In this document: positions 18,498-25,676 of the stretch, piece by piece
Numbering within the stretch: position 1 is the stretch's first letter
Layout of the letters: every line of letters begins with the position of its first letter
From: a virus
Taxonomy: Duplodnaviria > Heunggongvirae > Uroviricota > Caudoviricetes
Reading direction: 5' to 3' (one strand)
Virus record (IMG/VR): IMGVR_UViG_3300038450_000150
DNA length: 27,470 nucleotides
Notes under the pieces: model-generated
What the model was told of the DNA's origin: nothing
The model's input: only the letters and a program-made list of their open reading frames with translations
The model's database searches: none
Position numbers and translations under genes: made by a program

Positions 18498-18960
18498 ATG
18501 TCTGTTCCTCCTCTACTTCTGGCTGTAATCCCATTAGATATCCCATCGGACCAACCGAAAATGTCCAGTTCCAAAGGAATGCTGTGAGTATCGCCAGTCC
18601 ATTTGCCATAAATAATGGAAAGATTGTCACAGTACCATAAAGAACGAACATATTAATTATTACTCCAACTCCAGCAACTATAGCATAATTGACCAGAGAC
18701 ATATACCTAACATACAAATCTGCAATTTGTGAATAATTGTCCTTGGTCACTTGGTGTAAGATATCTAATACAAGAGCTGGAAAGTACTTTAAACCGACAC
18801 GCTTTTTGATTCTTTTTGTAACAACAACTTTGGCTTTAAGTGCATCACGTAGTTTTGAATTTGTAAGTTCAAGTTTTTGAATTTCTCCGTGAAGCGACTC
18901 TATCTCTGCTGTTAGCTCGATTTCTGTCGGTGTTGGAACTCGTTTACTCAATATCATCAC
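18481..18960 (-). CDS. GtrA-like membrane domain with N-terminal coiled coil
   Basis: NYAIVAGVGVIINMFVLY...ANGLAILTAFLWNW resembles the first half of GtrA. The N-terminus has heptad L/I periodicity. Confidence 0.65.
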   Translation of the reverse strand: MMILSKRVPTPTEIELTAEIESLHGEIQKLELTNSKLRDALKAKVVVTKRIKKRVGLKYFPALVLDILHQVTKDNYSQIADLYVRYMSLVNYAIVAGVGVIINMFVLYGTVTIFPLFMANGLAILTAFLWNWTFSVGPMGYLMGLQPEVEEEQTFEPTT

Positions 18961-19040
18961 CCACTGGTTTTGGAGTATCCTATAATATCAATCTAAGGGG
19001 ATAATGCAAAATTTATAAATATTATCTATTTTTTGATACA

Positions 19041-19166
19041 TTACTCTTGTATTTTTGCTACGATCCAATCGTAAAGTTCCCAAAGATCGAGAAGCATTTG
19101 ATGTAGTGATTCCCATATCCAATGCAACCACTCTTCAATTGATGGAAGATCATCTAGATTTACCAA
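19041..19166 (-). CDS. 41-aa Trp-rich amphipathic microprotein
   Basis: TTG start overlapping the upstream stop; MVNLDDLPSIEEWLHWIWESLHQMLLDLWELYDWIVAKIQE; fills an otherwise empty gap. Confidence 0.45.
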   Translation of the reverse strand: MVNLDDLPSIEEWLHWIWESLHQMLLDLWELYDWIVAKIQE

Positions 19167-19813
19167 CCTATACACATCCAAAGCAATTCTTTTATTATCT
19201 TTAATCCAACCTTAGTGGTTGTCTTTGATTTTCCTTCGGTTCTTTCAGTGAATGTTATTGGTATTTCTTTTAATGTAGGCTTTGCCTTCAATTCAACCTC
19301 TAAGCAAGTTTTCCAGGTGATCGGTTTAAATTGAACACGTTTGAGAACATCCCTTCGGATACCAAAGTATCCAGACATAGGATCAGATAGATTTGTTCCA
19401 GCAATATTTGCCAATTTTATACATCCCCAAGAGATTAGTTTACGGTAAAAAGAAGAATTGAACTCACTGCCCTCAATGAATCTGGAACCAACAACCATTT
19501 CATATGTATCAAGTGCTTTCCAGAACTCTGGTATATGTTCTGGTGGATGTGAAGAGTCTGCATCCATAACAATAATTTTGTCACCTTTGGAATGAGAGAA
19601 CCCATTAAGTATCGAGCGTTCTAGAGAATCACCATATGTCCACACTGTTTTCTGGTGTGGCATCTGTTGATATGGATAGAACTTCTTTTCTCTATCCCCC
19701 TGGACAACGATTATTTCATATTGGTCTGGAATGTCTGTCATAATCTCGTGTAGTGTAAGTAAGAATGCCTCTAGTTTTGGCTCATCCTTAACTGGCACTA
19801 TCACTGATAACAT
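19160..19813 (-). CDS. Polyprenol/dolichol-phosphate mannosyltransferase-like GT2 (DPM1/GtrB type)
   Basis: SVIVPVKDE, VMDADSSHPPE, VVGSRF, DPMSGYF, FTERTEGKSK. Confidence 0.9.
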   Translation of the reverse strand: MLSVIVPVKDEPKLEAFLLTLHEIMTDIPDQYEIIVVQGDREKKFYPYQQMPHQKTVWTYGDSLERSILNGFSHSKGDKIIVMDADSSHPPEHIPEFWKALDTYEMVVGSRFIEGSEFNSSFYRKLISWGCIKLANIAGTNLSDPMSGYFGIRRDVLKRVQFKPITWKTCLEVELKAKPTLKEIPITFTERTEGKSKTTTKVGLKIIKELLWMCIGW

Positions 19814-20391
19814 TAACTTTCTTCCTTGTTTTCTACCTCAAAGACAACGTTTTGCTTTCTCAACCATTCAGCAAACATTTCTGGGTCTTTGAACTTAATT
19901 GTCTCTTTGGGAACCTTTGGTAATCCTGTAATCCAAAGATAATCAATTAATATAAATCCAATCGCCATCGTCAAAATTGGGGCATATATTGGTGCTGTAA
20001 TAAATAAAACAATTGTAGAAAGTACCATTCCAAATAAAAGAAATGCAGCAAGAACTCTTTTTATTTGTCTAAAATGTGGTATTGATTTAAATTTGAATCT
20101 TTCTTGGTAACTTCTAAGTTTTACTGGTCTACGTGGTGGGAGATGAACTGCCTGTGCCTTTTGTGGTGCTGGTTTTACATTGGCAGTCGGAACGAGAACT
20201 TCTGCTTTTTTTGCAGGCCGTCCACGTCCACGCCTTGTTTCTTGAGTTTCTGTAACCGTTGCCTGACCATTAACCGTGGGTTGGGTCTTTTTCTTCCACT
20301 CCTCTGGGATCCTTGACAGTGGGTCATCTGGTTTCTCCTTTGGTTTAAAAAGGAAGGCGAGTGGGTTCTTTATTCTAAACTTCTTTCTCAA
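19813..20391 (-). CDS. Hypothetical basic protein with AT-hook-like motif and two C-terminal TM helices
   Basis: RRGRGRPAKK in a Lys/Pro-rich region, then two hydrophobic segments. Confidence 0.7.
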   Translation of the reverse strand: MRKKFRIKNPLAFLFKPKEKPDDPLSRIPEEWKKKTQPTVNGQATVTETQETRRGRGRPAKKAEVLVPTANVKPAPQKAQAVHLPPRRPVKLRSYQERFKFKSIPHFRQIKRVLAAFLLFGMVLSTIVLFITAPIYAPILTMAIGFILIDYLWITGLPKVPKETIKFKDPEMFAEWLRKQNVVFEVENKEES

Positions 20392-20831
20392 AGAATGTCC
20401 CTCAAGAGACTTGTTACTTCTTCAACCATATCTCCCCAAAGTATCCTCTCAGGTGTTCGAATTTCAATTGCGTGTGCTATGAAGAACGGAGCTGGAATGA
20501 ACATGTTTTTATGAAGTTGAAGCATATGGAATCTGTTTACTATCCAATCTGGGTGTTGTCTATGTAATCTATCATAAATTCTGTCAAACCCAACATCTCG
20601 ATGGGTATGAACTATAAACAGTTTTGAGTAGTTGTTTACACTAACTTTTTGTAGAGTCCAAGACCAGAAGAATATTTTTCTTTCCTTTACTTCCTCTGGG
20701 ATAGAATCGTAATCATCAACTTTGATTGTTTTTAGCATATTCTTTTGGCGAAGTTCTATTTCCTTTCTTCTCCAAGGTGGTAAATTATTCATTTCTGTAT
20801 GTCTATGTCCATTACTTTTTCCATTACCCAT
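20388..20831 (-). CDS. Hypothetical protein
   Basis: GGTGA RBS; TTGA-coupled to the next gene; no recognised motif. Confidence 0.7.
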   Translation of the reverse strand: MGNGKSNGHRHTEMNNLPPWRRKEIELRQKNMLKTIKVDDYDSIPEEVKERKIFFWSWTLQKVSVNNYSKLFIVHTHRDVGFDRIYDRLHRQHPDWIVNRFHMLQLHKNMFIPAPFFIAHAIEIRTPERILWGDMVEEVTSLLRDIL

Positions 20832-20841
20832 CTGACATCAC

Positions 20842-21714
20842 CTATTGTGTACTTGCTACCTTTTTAGGTTTAGCTGGAACCATCATACATATGACCATAA
20901 TTGCACCTGTTGTGACAACTTTACAAAGTGTGTTTAACATATGAACCCAATAATCAGGAACATAGAATGGATATCCTGCTGCTATTCCATCATTGTGTAA
21001 ATGTACTGCATAGAATGTTTGTGGGAACATATTACTTGATGTCCACGGACCCCAATCTGTCTGAACTGTTATGTGTGCTGCTGGAACTGGATAGAATATC
21101 CAGAGAAGCCAAAGTCCTATTGCAGAGAATACGACTATCCATTTCTTCCAATTCATCTCTATTTTATATCTACACGTGTATAGGTAGAGAAGTGTGAGTA
21201 TCCCGACTGCTGTCCAGGAATAGAAACTAAAGAGATTTGTCCATTGTTTTGGGGCAAATGTAATTGCCCAAGGTTGGTTCTGGAAGTAAGCATACGAGCG
21301 ATTCCACATTGTTTCGAAAATGCCAATATTCATCAGGGAAAGAATTGCCGAACAGAGGAAATTCATTGATTTGTGGATGCCAACTTTTTCAAAATGATAT
21401 GATAGTATGACGAATGCTATACCATAAATTACAGGTGCTGAGAAGTGATTGTCAATACCATAATAATACATTGATGCTTCACGAATTTGTTCTAAGGTCA
21501 TAGAACCAGTTAGGAACTTCGGAAGATCTTGCCAAAAAACATTTAGTTGACCCCAAGTAGAGTCAAACCCTAGCGCAAACCAAGCTGCTGTAGCAATCAT
21601 AACAACTACTAGGAAATATTGCCTCCAGCCCTTTGGATTTGAAATCCAACCAATTAGATCAAACTTCCAAACTTTAAAATGAAGTTTGTCTAACTTATCG
21701 AAGATAGAGTCCAT
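20842..21714 (-). CDS. Hypothetical polytopic membrane protein (~6-7 TM)
   Basis: Long hydrophobic ORF; shares a motif pattern with 10931..11575. Confidence 0.8.
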   Translation of the reverse strand: MDSIFDKLDKLHFKVWKFDLIGWISNPKGWRQYFLVVVMIATAAWFALGFDSTWGQLNVFWQDLPKFLTGSMTLEQIREASMYYYGIDNHFSAPVIYGIAFVILSYHFEKVGIHKSMNFLCSAILSLMNIGIFETMWNRSYAYFQNQPWAITFAPKQWTNLFSFYSWTAVGILTLLYLYTCRYKIEMNWKKWIVVFSAIGLWLLWIFYPVPAAHITVQTDWGPWTSSNMFPQTFYAVHLHNDGIAAGYPFYVPDYWVHMLNTLCKVVTTGAIMVICMMVPAKPKKVASTQ

Positions 21715-21754
21715 AATTCATTATATATCATTATAATGGTATGATAAAAGCGTT

Positions 21755-21877
21755 TTATATTTTCTGGCGTTTTTCACATTCTTTTATATAATCTTCTGCC
21801 AAAGAACGTGACTTGAAACTCTTCTTTATGCGCCATAATCCTTTACCACTGTCTGGTGCATCGAAAACGACATACAT
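21755..21877 (-). CDS. 40-aa microprotein
   Basis: MYVVFDAPDSGKGLWRIKKSFKSRSLAEDYIKECEKRQKI; could start at an in-frame TTG near 21910. Confidence 0.45.
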   Translation of the reverse strand: MYVVFDAPDSGKGLWRIKKSFKSRSLAEDYIKECEKRQKI

Positions 21878-21912
21878 CTTAGACTTTACATTTCTTTTTA
21901 TTTTTAACAAAC

Positions 21913-22044
21913 TCAGTTGCCTCTCCTAGACTTGGTTTCTTTACCGTAGTAATACTTTCTAGATGCTCTGCGCCACTGAGCACGGAGTCTATTTAGTTCG
22001 GCATTGGAACTTTTCTTTCTTGGTCTACCACGTGGTTTTGCCAT
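21913..22044 (-). CDS. 43-aa basic microprotein with AT-hook
   Basis: MAKPRGRPRKKSSNAELNRLRAQWRRASRKYYYGKETKSRRGN; GGTGA RBS; below the ORF-track cutoff. Confidence 0.65.
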   Translation of the reverse strand: MAKPRGRPRKKSSNAELNRLRAQWRRASRKYYYGKETKSRRGN

Positions 22045-22054
22045 TCATATCACC

Positions 22055-22342
22055 TTAGAATGACCATCTTTTATGTTTAATCGTTTTCTTGTCTTGGATT
22101 CTGTGTTTTGCAGCATCAATAGAGTCTACTTTATGGCTAGTTTGGACTTCTAATTCGGAGAGATAGTTAGTCAGATATACAATCTGCTTTCTGTTATTCT
22201 TTCCTTTATATTCCTCTTTACCCTGGGAAACCAGATATCTACGATGTCTAATTTCTTCAATAATCTTCTTGCGCTTCTTTTCAAAGGCTTCCTTTACAGC
22301 CCTCTTGCGCTTCTCTGCTTGTGCTGTTACTTGACTGACCAA
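22055..22342 (-). CDS. Basic helical hypothetical protein
   Basis: K/R-rich ORF downstream of a promoter-like motif. Confidence 0.65.
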   Translation of the reverse strand: MVSQVTAQAEKRKRAVKEAFEKKRKKIIEEIRHRRYLVSQGKEEYKGKNNRKQIVYLTNYLSELEVQTSHKVDSIDAAKHRIQDKKTIKHKRWSF

Positions 22343-22360
22343 TGTCGTTCTGTATGATAA

Positions 22361-22404
22361 TTCGTTGAATGGGAATAAAAAGATTATGATAATTCTGTGA
22401 GGCT
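22361..22404 (-). promoter_or_regulatory. Promoter-like motif A1 (GCCTCACA..TTATCATAA-TCTTTTTAT..CAACGAA)
   Basis: TATA-like TTTTTAT about 30 nt upstream of start 22342; elements shared with 22702..22741. Confidence 0.5.
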
Positions 22405-22433
22405 GAAAATTAAAAATTAACTAACTCTGACTT

Positions 22434-22691
22434 CTATTTCTTTCTGCCAGAATGTTTCTTTGCCACGTGTCCCTCATATTTATTAATATAGAGGTTCCAG
22501 ATATCCTTACTAAATTTTGACTTTGCTGGTATTTTTCTGTATCTAAAATCCCTCTTTGGGTTCATTTTCTCAAGAAATTTCTTCCTCTGTTGCAGTTCTT
22601 TGAGGGAATAGAACGTATCTTCAAGCCTATAAGCAACATTGTCTATATGTATTAGACCAAAATCGGGATCCCATCCTCTTCCTCTATACAT
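22434..22691 (-). CDS. Basic hypothetical protein
   Basis: ATG start; K/R-rich 85 aa. Confidence 0.65.
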   Translation of the reverse strand: MYRGRGWDPDFGLIHIDNVAYRLEDTFYSLKELQQRKKFLEKMNPKRDFRYRKIPAKSKFSKDIWNLYINKYEGHVAKKHSGRKK

Positions 22692-22701
22692 TTGAAATTC
22701 C

Positions 22702-22741
22702 TTCGTTGTGTTATCTTTTTTATGATGATTTTTGTGAGGCT
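22702..22741 (-). promoter_or_regulatory. Promoter-like motif A2 (GCCTCACA..TCATCATAA..CAACGAA)
   Basis: 18/22 match to 22384..22404 plus a shared CAACGAA; upstream of start 22691. Confidence 0.45.
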
Positions 22742-23882
22742 ACTCTACTGCTCTCTTGGTTGAAGGAGAACGAAGAATAGGCTCTGGTGGAGAAGAACGA
22801 AGAATAGGAGAAGGACCCGCACGGATTTCAGGAGGAGAGATTCGTTCTGGCATACCTGTGTGTACCGTCTGTAGTCCAGACTTAGATTGGAACTTTGCCT
22901 CTGCTGCTGATTTGCCAGATGGTGATTTGTAGTAACTATGTGTTATGTTTGAGTAGTAACCACCGCCAGCTATATCCTTTGATATTCCTGGTCCCTGAAC
23001 AACTTGTGACTCTTTTGGCGATCTAGTACTACCAAAATCAATTGGTCCTTTAGGTGGACTTATTGGATTGCCTATATTTATTGGAACACTGCCACCACCA
23101 TAGACGTAGCCACCACTCTTATTTACACCAACCCACGCTGGCTCTTCTGCCACAGATCTATCTAGATAAAGGGAAATTCCCTTATGCTCTGCTTTTGCTT
23201 GTCTTGCGAGTTTACGTAATGCTAAACTGTTGTCAAATGATGGCTCTGAGAAATCCATTATGTCATAGACTTCTGGATAGAAGTTCTTTATTGTTGTACG
23301 TGCTGCGTTTCTCTTGATTCTGTCTGATGAATAGGCAGCGTTAATCAGTTTTCTAACGTTTTCCTGTTCAACCTTACTCACATATTCTGTGGCTGTTGCC
23401 TTGAGTGCCTGAGCTCCAGCTTTGGTTCCTTTCTTTGCAACATCAAAAGCAACGTTTCCACCCTTAACAGCATATTTTGCACCAAGTTTGACTGCTGTTT
23501 CTCCGTGCTTTCTGATTGCCTGGACTCCTCTTGTGGCTGCTTCCTTGGCTGTGTTTCCTATGAATGATAGGACTGAACTTATTGATGGGTCAATGAGATC
23601 AACTGCTATTGGTGTTCTTCTGCTAGTACGCTCTTCGTATGCCTCATCAAGTGCAGAAGCATATGAATCTGCAATAACTACAACTGATTCTCCGTCATCT
23701 TTCTTGTTTGAATAGATGAAATTGGCTGTAAAAGCCTTTGGTCCAATTGCCATTGCTGGCCCACCTTTTTTGGTTTTTACAACTTTTCCACCAGCACCAC
23801 GTTTATATGTGCGTACTATAGTACCATCTGTTTTCTTGTGTCCTTTTACAATGTGCTTTATCGGGTGCTTTCTTCCAGCCAT
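22740..23882 (-). CDS. Basic multi-segment protein with N-terminal H-x-V-x-x-H tag
   Basis: N-terminal tag, then a small alpha/beta domain, an Ala/Lys amphipathic region and a Gly/Ser/Pro-rich tail with PILRS duplicated. Confidence 0.8.
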   Translation of the reverse strand: MAGRKHPIKHIVKGHKKTDGTIVRTYKRGAGGKVVKTKKGGPAMAIGPKAFTANFIYSNKKDDGESVVVIADSYASALDEAYEERTSRRTPIAVDLIDPSISSVLSFIGNTAKEAATRGVQAIRKHGETAVKLGAKYAVKGGNVAFDVAKKGTKAGAQALKATATEYVSKVEQENVRKLINAAYSSDRIKRNAARTTIKNFYPEVYDIMDFSEPSFDNSLALRKLARQAKAEHKGISLYLDRSVAEEPAWVGVNKSGGYVYGGGSVPINIGNPISPPKGPIDFGSTRSPKESQVVQGPGISKDIAGGGYYSNITHSYYKSPSGKSAAEAKFQSKSGLQTVHTGMPERISPPEIRAGPSPILRSSPPEPILRSPSTKRAVE

Positions 23883-23890
23883 TTTTTAGA

Positions 23891-24442
23891 TCATCCCAGA
23901 ATGTTTACTTTTCCACCGTTATAGTAGTACTCAAAAGTATCTCCATCTTTTCCGATTACCCTATAATATGGAGCATAGTTATGAATTCCTGCTTGTGTCT
24001 GGTAGTAGTTTACATCATCGTAGAAGTCAATGAGTCTGAATTCCTTGAAGCTGTCAAGAACATTCTCCTCACGATAGCCGAAGGGGTTGTTTACTCTCTC
24101 CTTGCCTGACTTGCCCTTCCACTGATCTAGAAGGAAATCTAGCCCTTTCTTGTTTTGTTCTGCTGTTAGTTTAAAACCCTCTCCATCCTCTGGCCAAGGT
24201 ATATCATCATACTTTATTCTACCAGCATTGAGCCTATTTTTCCATAACTTCAAATCACTCTCAGAGACTACTCTGCCTTCTGTGCTGACAGATCTCTTCA
24301 AGTAGTGTGGAATTGTAATAGTTCTCTTGCTAGGCATTCCGTGACCACTGATGTAGTTTCTAACGTGAATTACTTTACCATCAACGTGTCTAGTATGTGA
24401 ACTTACCTTGTGCTGGACTGGTGACTTTCTTCCCATACGCAA
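23891..24442 (-). CDS. Hypothetical protein with N-terminal H-x-V-x-x-H tag
   Basis: MGRKSPVQHKVSSHTRHVDGKVIHVRNYISGHG then an unrelated globular domain; likely ATG at 24436. Confidence 0.8.
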   Translation of the reverse strand: MRMGRKSPVQHKVSSHTRHVDGKVIHVRNYISGHGMPSKRTITIPHYLKRSVSTEGRVVSESDLKLWKNRLNAGRIKYDDIPWPEDGEGFKLTAEQNKKGLDFLLDQWKGKSGKERVNNPFGYREENVLDSFKEFRLIDFYDDVNYYQTQAGIHNYAPYYRVIGKDGDTFEYYYNGGKVNILG

Positions 24443-24453
24443 TCCTCTATGGT

Positions 24454-24492
24454 GAGAATGTATGGAGCTGAATATAAAAGGTTTATGATAAA
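24454..24492 (-). promoter_or_regulatory. Archaeal BRE/TATA-like promoter B1 (TTATCATAAACCTTTTATATTCAGCT)
   Basis: Near-identical to 24883..24920; TATA about 30 nt upstream of the gene start. Confidence 0.65.
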
Positions 24493-24502
24493 TAAAGGAC
24501 TT

Positions 24503-24865
24503 CTAGTCCTCATCATCTGTGACTCTAGTCACAAAATGCACAGCAAGATCGTCTGCTGTCCAAGTTTCGCCCTGTCTGAGGGAAAGTATCTTCATTATAT
24601 CCTCTGGATCATATCCCTTATCCATTGTGAAGAACTCTGCATTGACGAAACGCTGTTGTGGCTTGTAGTAACCGCTTCCCCATACTGCAAGGTAGTCTTT
24701 CTTTTCCTTATTAACACCACCATAATCGAGATATCTGGACGGTAAACCGACCTCTCTTCTTGGTTTGAATCCCTGACCACGATAGTGTCTATGAACATAA
24801 ACTTTGTGTCCATCTACAAGTCTGGTATGTGCCTGGACAACGTGTCTTGTTACTTTCTTTGCCAC
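24503..24865 (-). CDS. Hypothetical protein with N-terminal H-x-V-x-x-H tag
   Basis: GTG start; MAKKVTRHVVQAHTRLVDGHKVYVHRHYRGQG then an unrelated domain. Confidence 0.8.
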   Translation of the reverse strand: MAKKVTRHVVQAHTRLVDGHKVYVHRHYRGQGFKPRREVGLPSRYLDYGGVNKEKKDYLAVWGSGYYKPQQRFVNAEFFTMDKGYDPEDIMKILSLRQGETWTADDLAVHFVTRVTDDED

Positions 24866-24882
24866 ACTGTGTCGCCTTTGCA

Positions 24883-24920
24883 GAGAATATGGTAGCTGAA
24901 TATAAAAAGTTTATGATAAT
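24883..24920 (-). promoter_or_regulatory. Archaeal BRE/TATA-like promoter B2 (TTATCATAAACTTTTTATATTCAGCT)
   Basis: 24/25 identity to the B1 core (24467-24491 vs 24895-24919). Confidence 0.65.
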
Positions 24921-24925
24921 TAATC

Positions 24926-25336
24926 TTACTTCTTCATCACAGCAGTTCCAACTGCTGCTCCGATTATGAGGCAGACTATAACAGACCAGAACATACACTG
25001 CTGGATTGAAGCTGGTGCAAGCATTGCATCTGTTAGATAGCCTTCATTATGTAGTGCATTGAGAAGGAATGCAACACTTACTCCTATTCCACCGAAAGCA
25101 GCAACAACAAAAATTGGGCTGTCACTGGACTTTGTTAGAAGGAAGAGACTGATCATTAGAGCAAAGATGAAAGGGAATACATTGATCAGGCTTTTTGACA
25201 TAGCATCTGTAAACCCAAATGCTGGACCATATAGGATTAAGAACATTATGATTACTATTACAACTAACACTATTACAGCAAATGTTCCTACTCCTCTGAG
25301 ATCTCCCATATCAAATCCACGTTTATGTCTGCCCAT
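24926..25336 (-). CDS. Hypothetical membrane protein (4 TM)
   Basis: TAATG-coupled, GGAG RBS, four hydrophobic segments. Confidence 0.75.
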   Translation of the reverse strand: MGRHKRGFDMGDLRGVGTFAVIVLVVIVIIMFLILYGPAFGFTDAMSKSLINVFPFIFALMISLFLLTKSSDSPIFVVAAFGGIGVSVAFLLNALHNEGYLTDAMLAPASIQQCMFWSVIVCLIIGAAVGTAVMKK

Positions 25337-25674
25337 TACCTATTTCTCCTTCTAAATACTACTATGTATAATGCTACCACAACCACACCTATAAATATCA
25401 CCCACCAAGGGAAGCCCCCTGTGCCAACTACATTAATAATAGATGTAGATGTGTAGAGTGTTGTGCATGTTGTAAAATTATTAAATGTACTAGTTGTGTT
25501 CAGTGTTGCTGTAGTTACATAAGTTGTCACAGTTGATGATAATATAGCTGTGGCAGTTTCTGTTATGGTTGTATCAGTCGTGGTTGTTGTATCACAGAAG
25601 CAAATAATAGGAAATGTTCTAATTAAAAATATTATGAGAACAAATATTCCTAATAATTTTTTAATTTTTACCAT
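25336..25674 (-). CDS. Small Thr-rich surface glycoprotein: signal peptide, Thr stalk, GGFPWW-TM-RRR tail
   Basis: N-terminal KK plus hydrophobic signal, about 55 aa of Thr/Ser with sequons NTT and NFT, and the C-terminal anchor. Confidence 0.8.
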   Translation of the reverse strand: MVKIKKLLGIFVLIIFLIRTFPIICFCDTTTTTDTTITETATAILSSTVTTYVTTATLNTTSTFNNFTTCTTLYTSTSIINVVGTGGFPWWVIFIGVVVVALYIVVFRRRNR

Positions 25675-25676
25675 AC

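Noticed and set aside
18988-19041. 17-aa ORF (MYQKIDNIYKFCIIPLD) coupled by TAATG
   Set aside because: Too short to support; it overlaps a TTTATAAA box that may instead be a promoter.
22767-22808. 15-nt direct repeat (PILRS duplicated) at the end of the 380-aa gene
   Set aside because: Only two copies in a low-complexity tail; likely replication slippage.
7903-24505. Genome-wide TAG reassignment (code 15 or all-Pyl)
   Set aside because: TAG ends about nine other genes. At 13428 it overlaps the next GTG start, and readthrough would run about 100 codons into that gene. Only one gene looks clearly interrupted.
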